Shown here piece by piece: positions 45,429 through 57,868 of a stretch of 64,000 nucleotides of DNA. The stretch is from an uncultured Nitrososphaeraceae archaeon (GTDB taxonomy: Archaea; Thermoproteota; Nitrososphaeria; Nitrososphaerales; Nitrososphaeraceae). Under the pieces are notes generated by a model. The model was given only the letters and a program-made list of their open reading frames with translations. It was not told the origin of the DNA and searched no databases. The DNA lies in contig CAWGVG010000010.1 in assembly GCA_963825865.1 (NCBI GenBank), positions 31,683 through 95,682 on the forward strand, written 5' to 3'. The translations under genes and the position numbers were made by a program. Each line of letters opens with the position of its first letter. Position 1 is the stretch's first letter.

Positions 45429-47153
45429 TTGCATAATGCTGAAGTAATAAACGTGCTATTGCAGATTTTCTCTAACGCCCAGTCTGGAATAGACATTTGT
45501 GGGAATTCCAAATTTCCATCTAAAGTGTTATCATTTAATTCAGTAAATGACTTGAGACTTGATACTTGTAAAAGAAAAAGTGCAAGACAAAGATACATTT
45601 TCGAAATTACAAAAGAAAATATCAATTACTGCAAGAGTCTGATGAAGGTGATCGAGCTCCGTCATTTAGAGGAAAACGAAGCAAACTTTGCGGTAAATGA
45701 GATAGAATGTCTTAGTTTTGTAACAATGCAAAAAGGATCACTACAAGCTACTTACAGTAATATTGCAGAAATCGTAGAACAACAGCAGTCCGTATTTGAA
45801 GCCCTTTGGAATAAGGCAATTCCAGCAGAAAACAGAATAATGGAAATTGAAAACGACATAGAACCGGAATTCGTCGAAGTCATATCAGACCGCAAAAAGG
45901 CAACTGAGGTTTATATTGACCTAGCAAAATCAGTGGAGAAAGAAGCTCTAGTACTCTTCGCTAATAGTAAAGCTATGATTAGAGCAGATAGGCTAGGAGT
46001 CTTGGATTGTTTGATTAATGCCTCAAAGAATAAAGGAGCTCTAGTAAAAATTATCTCTCCTATGACAGAAGAGAATTCACAAATTGTAGAACAAACTTGT
46101 GAGAAGGCTCCGGATATCCAGATTCTCAACGGTGGCAGTTCTCATTCAGGCCTATTGGTAGTTGATAATGCAAGGTTTATCAGGTTTGGACTCAAGGAAC
46201 CCAAAGCTGAAGTATTTTCCGAAGCAATAGGATTTGTAGAGTACTCAAACAGTAAAGTGGGTATATATTCATCGAGATCATTTTTTGAATTGCTGTGGAA
46301 TGAACATATCCAATATGAAAAACTTAAAGAAGCAGATAAAATGAAGAATGAATTTATCAACGTAGCTGCTCATGAATTACGAACTCCTATTCAGCCAATA
46401 CTTAGTTTATCCCAAGTTCTTCAATCCAAGATAAACGATACCAAACAGCTAGAGCTATTAGAAGCCATCGTAAGGAATGCAAAAAGACTGCAACGCCTTA
46501 CAGATGACATACTAGACGTTACAAAGATTGAAAGCAAATCACTAAATCTGAACAAAGAAAAGTTCAATCTAAATGATGTAATATTTAATGTCACAAAAGA
46601 TCTTAGCAATCACAATGAGAAGACTAATAATAATAATAATAACGGAAAATTAAAATTACTTTACGAACCTAACAAAGAGGATATTTTTGTAGAAGCTGAT
46701 AAAGAAAGGATAACTCAGGTGGTTTCAAATCTATTAAACAATTCTGTTAAATTTACTGAAGAAGGAACTATATCTATCGATGCAAAAGTACAACAAGAAG
46801 ATAACAATAATAACAATAACAATAGTGGTCGTGGTCATGATATTGTTGTAGTTAGTATAAAGGACACTGGCGAAGGTATAGATGCTGAAATTCTGCCAAA
46901 ACTATTTACAAAGTTTGCATCAAAATCTTATCAGGGAACAGGATTAGGGTTGTATATCTCCAAAAGCATCGTGGAAGCCCATGGTGGTAAGATATGGGCT
47001 GAAAATAATGATGCTGATGATGATAATAATAATATTGTTGGTAGAAAAAAGAGGGTAAGAGGAGCGACCTTCAGTTTTAGTCTGTCAATAATGGATACAT
47101 CATCTAATCAACAAAAACAAAACAAGACACTAATTGGCAATAGGGAAGGATGA
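45429..47153 (+). CDS. Soluble sensor histidine kinase (HisKA + HATPase_c) with duplicated N-terminal domain
   Basis: AAHELRTP, NLLNNSVKF, DTGEG, GTGLGL. Two N-terminal repeats end in FE.LWN. Confidence 0.92.
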   Translation: MHNAEVINVLLQIFSNAQSGIDICGNSKFPSKVLSFNSVNDLRLDTCKRKSARQRYIFEITKENINYCKSLMKVIELRHLEENEANFAVNEIECLSFVTMQKGSLQATYSNIAEIVEQQQSVFEALWNKAIPAENRIMEIENDIEPEFVEVISDRKKATEVYIDLAKSVEKEALVLFANSKAMIRADRLGVLDCLINASKNKGALVKIISPMTEENSQIVEQTCEKAPDIQILNGGSSHSGLLVVDNARFIRFGLKEPKAEVFSEAIGFVEYSNSKVGIYSSRSFFELLWNEHIQYEKLKEADKMKNEFINVAAHELRTPIQPILSLSQVLQSKINDTKQLELLEAIVRNAKRLQRLTDDILDVTKIESKSLNLNKEKFNLNDVIFNVTKDLSNHNEKTNNNNNNGKLKLLYEPNKEDIFVEADKERITQVVSNLLNNSVKFTEEGTISIDAKVQQEDNNNNNNNSGRGHDIVVVSIKDTGEGIDAEILPKLFTKFASKSYQGTGLGLYISKSIVEAHGGKIWAENNDADDDNNNIVGRKKRVRGATFSFSLSIMDTSSNQQKQNKTLIGNREG

Positions 47154-47157
47154 CGAC

Positions 47158-48892
47158 ATGAACTCATTATTATTACATAAATCCAAATCCTTATTGCATT
47201 CTAAATATGAAATATTAATTAAGTATACACTCGTACCATCAATTCCTCTTTCAATCATAGCGATTCTATCTGCTAATCCTAATACTTGGGTGGCATCTGA
47301 AATTCATCACTTCTACATTGAGTTGATTGCAGTAATACTTGCTGCCTGTATTGGCATTCTACTATATATCAAGAGCACGTACACTAAATGATAAATTTAG
47401 TCTATTTATAGGAGCAGGATTCCTTGCTAGTGCTTTAATTGATTTGCTGCATGTAATAGTATCTTTTGTTGCTATTAGTGATCCTGTTTTCCTGAAGTAT
47501 TTCATTCCTCAAACATGGTTTGCTGGCAGAATATTCCTTAGTGCTATGTTAGTTATAGCAATCGCAAAATTTTCTTCTTTATCTTCATCAAAAGGAGATG
47601 AACAAGAAAGAAAGGAACAAGAGATAAAAACAGCACAGAAGCGACGGACTAAAAAGTTACAAAAAACTGTCATAGTTTATTTAGCGATACTTGCAATTCT
47701 TGCAGCAAGTGTTGCCATAAGTTCACTATTCTTTGTTTTACCTGCGAGCGTCATAGATGATTATTCTATACATAGACCATACGAGATTCCTTCACTTGTA
47801 TTATTTGTAGTTGCCTTGTTTTATTTTTATAAAAATCAGCTTTATAAGAGAAATGATGCCTTCTATAAAGGAATATTGGGTTACCTGATAGTAGAAATCT
47901 TTGCCCAAATCATAATGTCTTATTCCACTCAATCATTTGACACAGCACACAATGTAGCTCATGTTCTCAAAGATGCTGGTTACTTTATCAATATTATAGC
48001 GTTAGCATTATCAAGTATTCAGTACAATGCAGAGTTGAGAGAAATAAATCAAAGATTGAAGGAAAGCAATGAGAGATTAAGAGAAGGAGAAGAGTTAATC
48101 CGTGTTCAATATGAAAAGCTAAAAGAATCAGATAACATGAAGAATGAATTTATTAATGTAGCTGCTCATGAATTACGAACGCCTATTCAACCTATACTCG
48201 GTTTGACTGAAGTTCTTCGCTCCAAAATAAGAGAACCTCAACAACAGGAATTGCTAGATATCACAATTAGAAATGCAAAAAGACTGCAACGCCTTACAGA
48301 TGACATACTAGACGTTACAAAGATTGAAAGCAAATCACTAAACCTAAACAAGGAGTTTTTCAACTTAAATGATATAATAACAAATGCCATAGAAGATATC
48401 ATAGCAAAAATTGCTAAGAAGAGCCACCATGCAAATCTTATAAAATTGGCATATCAGCCTCATGATATCTTCATAGAAGCTGATAAAGCAAGAATAACTC
48501 AAGTAGTTTCCAATATACTAAGTAATGCAGTTAAATTTACCGAAACAAAAATCAACGAAGAAGAAAGAGGAATTATAAATATTAGTGCTGAAAGGGTTGA
48601 TGGTCAGGCTATTGTCAGCATCAAGGATACTGGTGCAGGAATAGATCCTGAGATAATGCCTAGGTTATTTGAAAAGTTTGCATCAAAATCTTATCAGGGA
48701 ACAGGATTAGGGTTGTATATCTCCAAAAGCATCGTGGAAGCCCATGGAGGTAAGATATGGGCAGAGAATAATATTGATAATAAAGATTGTAAAGGAGCGG
48801 GAGGAGCTACCTTTAGATTCAGTTTACCAATCAGCAAAGAAAACAGCATCAAACGCAACAGTAAAGTAAATCAGCTCGTGACAAAACAATGA
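47158..48892 (+). CDS. Membrane sensor histidine kinase with MASE3-like input domain (indel near 47345)
   Basis: HHFYIE, DLLH, WFAGR and AHVLK transmembrane motifs; AAHELRTP; GTGLGL. Confidence 0.9.
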
Positions 48893-49314
48893 ATAATGAT
48901 AATGACAATAACAATAACAATAACGATAGCAATAGCAATAATAGGAATACACGAATATTGCTTGTAGATGACGAGTATGATATTGCCTTAACTTTTAAAA
49001 TTGGTTTAGAAGATAGTGGATTTGTAGTTGACTCGTTCACCGATCCTTCTTCTGCCTTGCTAAACTTTAAGACTAATTCGTATGATTTGTTACTGCTTGA
49101 TGTAAAAATGCCAAAAATAGATGGCTTTGAATTATGTAGACAAATGAAAAAGATAGACGATAAGGTCAAGGTCTGTTTTATGACTGCGTTCGATGTACGC
49201 AAAAGCGACTTAAAAGTAGATCCTACAATATTCAATAATAATAGTAAACAGATCATTCAAAAACCAATTTCAATAGATGATTTAGTAAAGCAAGTAAAGG
49301 CAGAACTATCTTAA
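48889..49314 (+). CDS. Stand-alone response regulator receiver protein
   Basis: ILLVDDE, LLDVKMP, FMTA, QKP. Confidence 0.92.
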   Translation: MNNDNDNNNNNNDSNSNNRNTRILLVDDEYDIALTFKIGLEDSGFVVDSFTDPSSALLNFKTNSYDLLLLDVKMPKIDGFELCRQMKKIDDKVKVCFMTAFDVRKSDLKVDPTIFNNNSKQIIQKPISIDDLVKQVKAELS

Positions 49315-49671
49315 ATCAAAATAAGCAACTTATACAGGTTAATCTATCTATCTATCTATCTATTGAGATTCTAGAGGTCTATTTGAATGCAACATGCCTC
49401 GAAAAGAATTGTTAGGTTACGCGCGGGTGTCATAGTTTAGAAGATTTTGAAAACAATATTCAAACAAGCTTGTTTTTGAATAGGCTCAACATCGAAAATC
49501 AATATAAATTGTAAACCATTCTAGTACTATATTTGGTATGGTACTTCCATGGCGTTGGCTGGTACATAATTATGTTCCAAGCTTTAATAATTTGTCTGAC
49601 GAATCAATACAGTCAATCGAAAAGTGTCAATCTGCATTAATGAGACAGAGCCATAAATTATTAATTTATCT

Positions 49672-50028
49672 TTACTGTAGCGCGATCTCTCCACACTGTT
49701 TTGACCCGATATCGTAAGCTTCAAAAATATCTTTGACAAAGATTTTACCATCTGAAGCTGAGCCTGTACTTAAATTTTTGATGAGATCATCAACAAGCCG
49801 TTTTGCCAATGGATCTGATACCAATACGTCAATCTTAGTTCTACTTCCAAATTCTGGAACATATTTCTTTCCATAATTATATGCATCTGTGTTAACTGGC
49901 ACTTCTCTTTTCACTCGACCTCTGCCTTTTATATCATAAAACATCATTCCGCCAACATTGTGTTTATACAAAATGGCATTTACTTCAGAAAGTCTTTCAT
50001 GTGCAATAACAACTTCTATTTGCTTCAT
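49672..50028 (-). CDS. P-II family nitrogen regulatory protein
   Basis: MKQIEVVI, KGRGR, DGKIFV. Confidence 0.88.
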   Translation of the reverse strand: MKQIEVVIAHERLSEVNAILYKHNVGGMMFYDIKGRGRVKREVPVNTDAYNYGKKYVPEFGSRTKIDVLVSDPLAKRLVDDLIKNLSTGSASDGKIFVKDIFEAYDIGSKQCGEIALQ

Positions 50029-50218
50029 TCTGTTAATTTGTACACATCTTATGTAGATAACGATCTATAAGCAGCTCTGCCTACTTATAATAAATGGGTT
50101 TTATTATAGCACAAATGATATCGGAGAGATTGATCTATATACTTTCAGATAAATACATTTCTTAATTTGTGAATCATGTTATAAGAAGTCAACAAGATCT
50201 TTAACTAAACTTAAAAGA

Positions 50219-51559
50219 GTGACTTGCAAAACTATTCTTGTATTGGCAGAAGAAGAAAGGGAGGGATCTGAAGAAGAGGAACGGCAGAAGAAAAAAGAAG
50301 AAGATGATAATGAGATATCCTTCTCTAGTAAATCACAAAGCTATTGTGTCTGTTTTGTGAGTATGATAGATTCTATCGAAACCACATTTGAAATTAAAGA
50401 CTCTGATAAAATTAGAAGATATTATTCTGTATTTATTAACACGATAGCTGCGATAGCCAGAAACTTTAGTGCAAAAGTTATTAAGAATACTGGTACTAGT
50501 CTAATATTTTATTTTCCAAAAACATCTGACTCTTCTAACATCGCTGCTTTTAGAGATGTAATAGATTGTGGCATCACAATGATGGCAGCAAATAATGTTA
50601 TCAATGCCAAGTTAAATGAAGAAGAATTACCACCTCTGCACTACAAGATTAGCGCTGACTATGGTACAGTAGAGATAGCCAGATCGTTAACTTCTCCAGA
50701 TACTGACGATCTGTTTGGTTCTACTATGAATGTTTGCGCAAAGATAAACTCTTTGGCTCCTCCAAATGGAATGGTAATAGGTAGTGATCTATATTATATT
50801 GCAAAAAAATCTGCTTTTTCCAAGAATGATAAATGCTCTTTCAAAAAAATTGGACAATATTCAATTGCTGCTAGCTTTAGACATCAATATCCAGTATATT
50901 CTGTAGAAGTAGAAGTAGGAGGAGGAGGAGACGTTAGTTACATAGGTTTGGATAAGCAGATTCCAAAATTACAGAATCCTTCTCCTCCTTCTGCTCGTCG
51001 TATACAAGATAGCAATAATTATTCCGCTATCTCTTCTATTGTTACTCCCAAGATAGATAGGAAATTAAAGCAACCTGTCAACTATGAAGGACGTCACCCT
51101 CAGAATCAACTGTTAGAACGAGAAGGAGAAGGAGAAGGAGAACAATCAACAACAACAACAACAACAGCAAAAGAAACATTCTCATGTCATCATGCTGGTA
51201 GACGATGAACCGGATATACTCTTAACTTATAAGACATTTTTGTTGGCTCTGCTACTGAAGGTTATAATGTAGATGCATTTACAGAATCTCACAAGGCATT
51301 ACAACAATTTGCACAAGTAAATCCTTCTTACTATGATTTGGTAGTTATGGATATCAGAATGCCTGGCCTTAATGGGCTTCAATTATATTACAGACTAAAG
51401 GCAATGAATCCAACCATCAAAGTGCTTTTTGTATCAGCTCTTGATGCAGCACAGGAAATGATAAGTATACTGCCTGGCGTGAAATTAGATGATGTTGTCA
51501 AAAAGCCGGTAAACCAAGAACAGTTCCTTTACAAGGTAAAAACAACACTCGCGCAATAA
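50219..51559 (+). CDS. Class III nucleotidyl-cyclase-like domain fused to a receiver domain (apparent indels near 51150 and 51245)
   Basis: YCVCFVSMIDS, KNTGTSLIFYF, YKISADYG, DLFGSTMNVCAKI; then IMLVDDEPD, VMDIRMP, FVSA, KKP. Confidence 0.85.
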
Positions 51560-52157
51560 TAATATATTCATTTAAACATGTAAAATATCGCGACACTAAG
51601 GGACAGCACTCAACTCTCTCTCTCTCTGTGTGTGTGCTCAACTAGGATCATGTGTTGAATATTTTAATAATAACGCAGTATTATCAGATCCGCTTGAGGG
51701 ATATATTAGAGAAAAGGATGCATTATATGCTATAAAGAAGAAATTCAGGAAGAATTACGTGACCATATGAAAAAGGCATCTTAAACGTTTTGGTGCCAAA
51801 GAGTTCCTTAATTCAATGTTTGAAAAGACATGATAAAGATTATGGGTGTTTGCAATACCTACCACAGTATTTGGCTCTAGAATTCCTTTTACTACTTTGA
51901 TAAATACTGATGATAATAATAATGATAAATGTCCCATTTGATGAAATGTCTTAGTATTGTTGACGTGTGTATCTATATTCAAGTTGTATACCTTGTTTGG
52001 TTATTCATATTTGTTAGCAAGTTGACTTTTATAATATAATAAACAGGAGTTCATTTGAAAATATCGTTGGAGATCTTAATTGGCAATAGTTCGTCATTTT
52101 TTAGCAGTAGGGGCAGATGACATTTAATTTTATTTAGCTGTACTACATATCACAGCA

Positions 52158-53330
52158 TTAACTATTCCGCGCAAGCCATTCTATTATAAATGACTTCATT
52201 TTTTCCCGGAAAGATTCCGCCGAGAACTTCTTTGCATAGTCGCGTAATTTTTCTGCCTCTGCAAGATTCCATGTACTAAGTGCATCATTAATCGATGTGA
52301 CAGCACCGTCCACATCTGAGTACCTAAATCGTTCAGGAACAAGTCCATCAACTTTAGCGGCCCCTGAATCATGCGCCACTGGTATGACCCCCGCACTCAT
52401 TGCTTCAACTAGTGCGATTCCAAAATGTTCTCCTACAAAGGAATGTAGTAAAACCTTGGATTTCTTTAGAACATCTATTTTTTCTTTTACAGTTGCGTTT
52501 ACATGGAAGGTCACATTTTTAGGAGCATTTTTCATTAATTTTTCAAGATATGAAACTTTGTCTAAAGTGACACTTCCAACTAAGTCAAAGCGTATGTCAT
52601 GTAGTCTTGCTGCTACTTCAAGTATTGTCTCATACTCCTTCTCTGGAGTAAATCTTCCTAAAGAACATACAACATCCTCTTTTTCTTCTTCTTTTTGATT
52701 GCTTAGTAATGGAAATGAATACTGTGGACATGGTGGATATATTACTGTAGCATCCGTTCCCCAGGCCATTTTTATTAAAGCTTTTGTATAGTTACTGTTT
52801 GTAATTATAGTAGCTCTTTTGATATAATCGAGGTTATTTGAAATAAATCGCCATGGTCTGATGTAAATCTTTTTCTTTCTACTGTTCAGATAGCGCTGAT
52901 GGGCAACCTCTAGATCTATGGGAAAGTGAACATATACAAGGGTCTTGTCTGCCATGGCGCTAGGAATAAGTGTAGATCCTCCTGTTACAAGAACAAAATT
53001 AAGTTTATGTTTCTTGATAAGTTTTTTAAAAAAAAAGTAAGAATAAGTCATTCTTTGATATGCTCCAAGGAATGGGAGAATCTCATTTCTGCCAATAGCC
53101 TTGACAAACCCATCTATGTAGCCACTGACATCAATCCCTATTCTCTTGATAGTTTCATCTCTTTCTGGATATACACTAGCACAGAGGAAAACCTTCAATC
53201 CCATTTCATGTAGCGCTTTAATAGAGTGTAATCCAACATGCTCGCCCCATCCGGGAATCTTTCTTTAATGATTCTCTCCGTAGGCCTCCATGTTATAATG
53301 TACTACTCCAGCGCTGATAGCATCAGCCAT
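52158..53330 (-). CDS. GT4 glycosyltransferase, ALG11-like
   Basis: YVHFP, TNSNYT, VIYPP, GRFTPEK, EHFGIALVEAMSAG. N-terminus frameshifted. Confidence 0.9.
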
Positions 53331-53608
53331 ATTATTATTATCTGACCTTCATCATTGATTTTTTATTTCCTTGCATAATCATTTATCATTTGTTTGAACA
53401 TACAAATAGTAAATTGAAGCTTTTAAAAAACTATATTAATACTTTTTTCTACTAGCAGTATCCTTTTTTCTATGCATTCTAAAATAAAAGAACCTAATTA
53501 CTGATATGAGAGTTGATATTGAGTAGAGTATAATCAAAGCTGTTGGTCTCTTAATGCCCATTCTCTATAACAGAGAAAGTTGTTATTGTGTCCTCCTAAT
53601 AATTTAAC

Positions 53609-54157
53609 ATGGTAATCATAAAAAAACTTACACTTAAAAAGCTGTTGTACTTAGTTTTGAGAATGAGAATAGATAGTTTACTTAATTATGGCAAAATAGC
53701 ACAGTGGAGCGGAAGAAGATTTTGGGAGTCTAGACAATTTTATGCTTCATACATAGCATTGTTCATAGCTATAACAAATTGGATTACAATTCAGTACAAG
53801 TTACTGTTAGAGCATATACCTTTTCTTAATATACTATTTTCAAACATATGGGTTTTTATGGTTGTAGCAGGCATAGTTTTTAGTTTACTCAGCATTCTTG
53901 GAGGACATTATATACACCGAAAAAGACAGTTCAGATTAGAACAAGCTGTAGCTACCGAAGAGAATCCCTATCTGTATAAGGCGATACCAGGAAAAGAAAA
54001 GGACTTGATGATACCAGTATCAATATTTCATCTAGAAGTCTTACAAGATTTATTAGCATCTAATAATGCATTGACTGAAGAAAAGAGGAAACAATTTGAA
54101 ATATATATACAAGGTCTCATAAAATTAAAGGAAGGTCATACTATGCGAATGGCATAG
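53609..54157 (+). CDS. Two-TM membrane hypothetical protein
   Basis: Intact ORF with two hydrophobic helices and an ENPY motif. Confidence 0.65.
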   Translation: MVIIKKLTLKKLLYLVLRMRIDSLLNYGKIAQWSGRRFWESRQFYASYIALFIAITNWITIQYKLLLEHIPFLNILFSNIWVFMVVAGIVFSLLSILGGHYIHRKRQFRLEQAVATEENPYLYKAIPGKEKDLMIPVSIFHLEVLQDLLASNNALTEEKRKQFEIYIQGLIKLKEGHTMRMA

Positions 54158-54225
54158 CAAGTACAATAGCCTCTAAAGATTGTAAATAGAATGATAAAAT
54201 TGTAGGTAAAAAGGTAAAAAGCTAA

Positions 54226-55429
54226 ATGCGAATATTGATGGTGTCTACAGAATATCCTCCGATGCCTGGAGGCGTAGGGCGTTATACTGCAATCCTTACA
54301 AGAGAGCTTCGAAAATTAGGATTTGATGTCTATGTTGCATGTAATGATAAGGGTAAAGGAGAGTTCTCTGGTATATCACCTGGGAACGTGAAGAATTCAG
54401 ACGTACTTTTAGAAATAGTTGATAAAATAAAGCCAGATGTGGTACATATTCAATTTGAACCAGGAATGTACGGATTAATAATAGATACAAAAGATCCCAG
54501 AAAAAGCGGGACATATATTGATTCGTTCTATAGAAAGTGTAAGACACCAATAACTACAACTTTTCACTCAGGATATACTCTAACCCAATGGATGAACCAA
54601 GCGTCATTGATAAAAAAGAGTGGTAGAATAGGAAGACTAGGGATACCACTGCGTTTCTTAATCAGGTTTTGGAAGTATTTTCTAAACTACAAAGCTTTCA
54701 AGAATCTAAACAAAGACAAGCTTGGTCTGAGCCGTGCTGGAATCGTATTCTCGTGCTACATGTCAAATATACTTGGTGGAGGCAGAGTGATTTATCACGG
54801 AGCAGAGCCATCTATACCCCCAAACCCTGAAAATAAGAGAAATGCAAGATCCATGTTTTCTCTACCTCAAGATGGCCGAATAGCTCTTGCTCTTGGATTC
54901 AAGACTAGTACAAAGGGATGGGATATCATAAAAAAGATAGATATTCCATCAGGATGGAGAATAGTAATAAATTCTTCAAAAAGTTACTATAATACTGAAA
55001 ATTATGATGAAAAATGGGATGAAGATAATAATAATAATAGTAATAATAATAAAAATAATATCATTGACCTACAGAGGGGCCTTCTTAGCGAAGAAGAACT
55101 TTCTATGCTATTCTATGCCGCCGACGTAGTAATATTACCATACAAAGTAACTGCAGGTTCAGGCGTAATGTTTGATGCTCTTGCTCACGGGTTACCTTTT
55201 ATAGCGACTAACTTGGGGTTCTTCAAAGAATTTGCTCGCCCTAGGATTAGGCATGACTGTCAAAAGAGATCCTAGTGAATTTTCAAATGGCATTAAAAAT
55301 CTTGATAGGAATTACTCTAATTACACAAAATCGATAAACGCATTTAAACAAAAGCTGAAATGGGATTTTGTTGCTAGCCAGCATGCATCAATATACCAGT
55401 TTGCTGCAGGTAAGGGGCAAGAGCGATAA
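54226..55429 (+). CDS. GT4 glycosyltransferase (indel near 55237)
   Basis: EYPPMPGGVGRYT, VILPY, SGVMFDALAHGLP. Confidence 0.9.
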
Positions 55430-55463
55430 TAGTTGTAGTAATAGTAAAGTGTAATAAAACTAT

Positions 55464-56594
55464 ATGCGGATTGCAATTGTTGCTGATGATATAGTGCAGG
55501 AAGGAGGCACCAAAGAAGTTATTAAACATATGAAGAGGACACTTGATGATAATGATAATCAACTATCCATTGAATATGTCAATAGCGAAAAATATTTTCC
55601 CAGGTATCTACCAAGTAAATGGAAGGATCTATTTAGAATCTTTTATTTAGCTAAAATATCAAATACTGACGATTTTTCACAATTTGACGTAATTATAACT
55701 CTACAACCTGACTCGCACTGCATAAGCCATAGAAATCACATTGTTTACTTTCAACATCATATAAAACAATACTATGATCTATTTTGGCAATCATTTAGAC
55801 AGAGGAAAAGATTAAAGAAAAAAATGGTATTTCTTTTATTAACAGCAGTAGCCCGTCTTGCTGATAGAATTTACCTTACTCCTAATCTCAAAAGAGCATC
55901 TGTCATAGTCAACAGCCAAACTGTAGGCAAAAGGCTAAAAAAGTATAACCAAATTTCGAATTTTAGCGTTATTAATCCTGGTTGTAATAATACAATGGTA
56001 TCACCATCACCATTATCCAAGGACCAAACAATGACGCTAAATAATAATAATAATACTTTGCATAAAAAAAATGAACCGTACTTTTTACTGGCTTTTTCTA
56101 GGCTTAATGTAATGCAGAAGGGTATCGATATCATACTAGAAACTGCGTCGATAATGCCCCATCATATCTTTGTTATAGCTGGGCCATACGATACTACAGT
56201 CGAAAGTATTGATAAAAGACATCTCCCGCCCAATGCACAGCTAATAGTTAGAGAATTTTCTGATGAAGCAAAAGCAGAACTTTTCAATAAATGTGATGTC
56301 TTCCTGGCGCCATACATAAAGGAAGACTTTGGGCTTACGCCTCTTGAGGCCAATGCCTATGGAAAACCAGTTGTATATTGTGATGATAGTGGGGAAATTA
56401 CGTATACGCAGAAACACAAAGAGACAGGATTCATGTGTAGAAGAAATCCGCAAGCGATGGTTGAAGGAATAGAATACTGTATGGCAAATAAAGAACGCAT
56501 GAAGCTGGCCTGTATAGATAACGCAGCCAAATATTCATGGCAGACGTTTGAAAAATCTTTACGAAGCTATATCGATAATTTGAAGATATGCTAA
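55464..56594 (+). CDS. GT4 glycosyltransferase
   Basis: SRL...KG, EDFGLTPLEANAYGKPV. Confidence 0.92.
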   Translation: MRIAIVADDIVQEGGTKEVIKHMKRTLDDNDNQLSIEYVNSEKYFPRYLPSKWKDLFRIFYLAKISNTDDFSQFDVIITLQPDSHCISHRNHIVYFQHHIKQYYDLFWQSFRQRKRLKKKMVFLLLTAVARLADRIYLTPNLKRASVIVNSQTVGKRLKKYNQISNFSVINPGCNNTMVSPSPLSKDQTMTLNNNNNTLHKKNEPYFLLAFSRLNVMQKGIDIILETASIMPHHIFVIAGPYDTTVESIDKRHLPPNAQLIVREFSDEAKAELFNKCDVFLAPYIKEDFGLTPLEANAYGKPVVYCDDSGEITYTQKHKETGFMCRRNPQAMVEGIEYCMANKERMKLACIDNAAKYSWQTFEKSLRSYIDNLKIC

Positions 56595-56950
56595 ACACAG
56601 AGAAACAATAAATATATTTATTTTTAATGTTTATTATATCTGATTAAAAAATTAACAATTACATTAATTTTTTGAAAATAGGTTATAACACTTAGTGGTT
56701 GGGATTCTCTCTCCTGTATTTGGTATCATTTCTTTTTTGCAAGAAATAATGAATGAATGAATGATATCTTGGATTGCAAACGGCTAACGAAGAGTTTTTT
56801 TATTAATATCTACCTACAGGTATATGGACTTGCTTGCTTCTATACACAATTTATTCATGCATATTCGTCAATATAAGATACCCATATGCAAGTAGTGAAT
56901 TCACAAACTATCACCATAGAAAATACTATCATGGGTGACAAGCCTTATAT

Positions 56951-57868
56951 CTATAAGAAACAGGACTTTCGTGCGATTATATGCCTCCAATCTCCATTCT
57001 CATTACTCCTTTCAAATTCTATTTTGAAATTATATATATTGAGAAATTCTATTACTGGTCTATAATTATTTAGACCATGAATTTCCACAAAAAGTGCAAT
57101 ATTTTTACTATTAGATAATATATTGATAGTTCCTTTTAATACTTCAAATTCAGCTCCTTCAACATCTATTTTAATCCAATTTGCATATCTTATTCCATTT
57201 TGTTGTAACAGGTAATCTAATGTGTTAGCATTTACCTCGATGAATTTTTCTTCGGGTTTTGCCCTATTAACCATTATTGTATTGTATATGCTGAATCCAG
57301 ATTCTTCAACTGGCAAGTAGAGTTTTAGTTTTGTTTGTTTAGAATATGCTGCATAATTTAAAGGAATAACATTTGTCAATCCATTTAGTTGTATGTTACG
57401 ATTTAATATTTCAAAATTAGTTGGATCAGCCTCAATAGCAATTACTTTTCCTTTTTGGCCAACACGTTTTGAACTTATTAGTGTATAATGTCCTGCATGT
57501 GCACCAACATCTACGACTATATCTCCATCGTTAGGGTTGAAGTGTTCTTCTATCTCCTCCTCATGTCCCGTCATAAATGTATAGTCTTCATTGTTAATTC
57601 TACAATAGAATTTGTAATTGTATTTTGGGACATTAACTTTTAACAGAATAGAATTTCCTACGCTAAAGAATTTAAGGAATTTATACAAGAAAGAATTAAA
57701 ACCAATATTTCGTTTAATATATAGCCTATCTGTTCTTTTTTTGCCTAATGCTATTCTAATTGAAACCCTTAAAGCCAAATAAATAATTTTTAAAAAAAGC
57801 AATATGATTTTATCTAACAAGGTCACTCCTGTTGTTTCCTTTAGAAGCCAAGAAGCAAGTTTTCCCAT
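56951..57868 (-). CDS. FkbM-family methyltransferase
   Basis: VDVGAHAG, WIKIDVEGAE. Confidence 0.92.
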   Translation of the reverse strand: MGKLASWLLKETTGVTLLDKIILLFLKIIYLALRVSIRIALGKKRTDRLYIKRNIGFNSFLYKFLKFFSVGNSILLKVNVPKYNYKFYCRINNEDYTFMTGHEEEIEEHFNPNDGDIVVDVGAHAGHYTLISSKRVGQKGKVIAIEADPTNFEILNRNIQLNGLTNVIPLNYAAYSKQTKLKLYLPVEESGFSIYNTIMVNRAKPEEKFIEVNANTLDYLLQQNGIRYANWIKIDVEGAEFEVLKGTINILSNSKNIALFVEIHGLNNYRPVIEFLNIYNFKIEFERSNENGDWRHIIARKSCFL

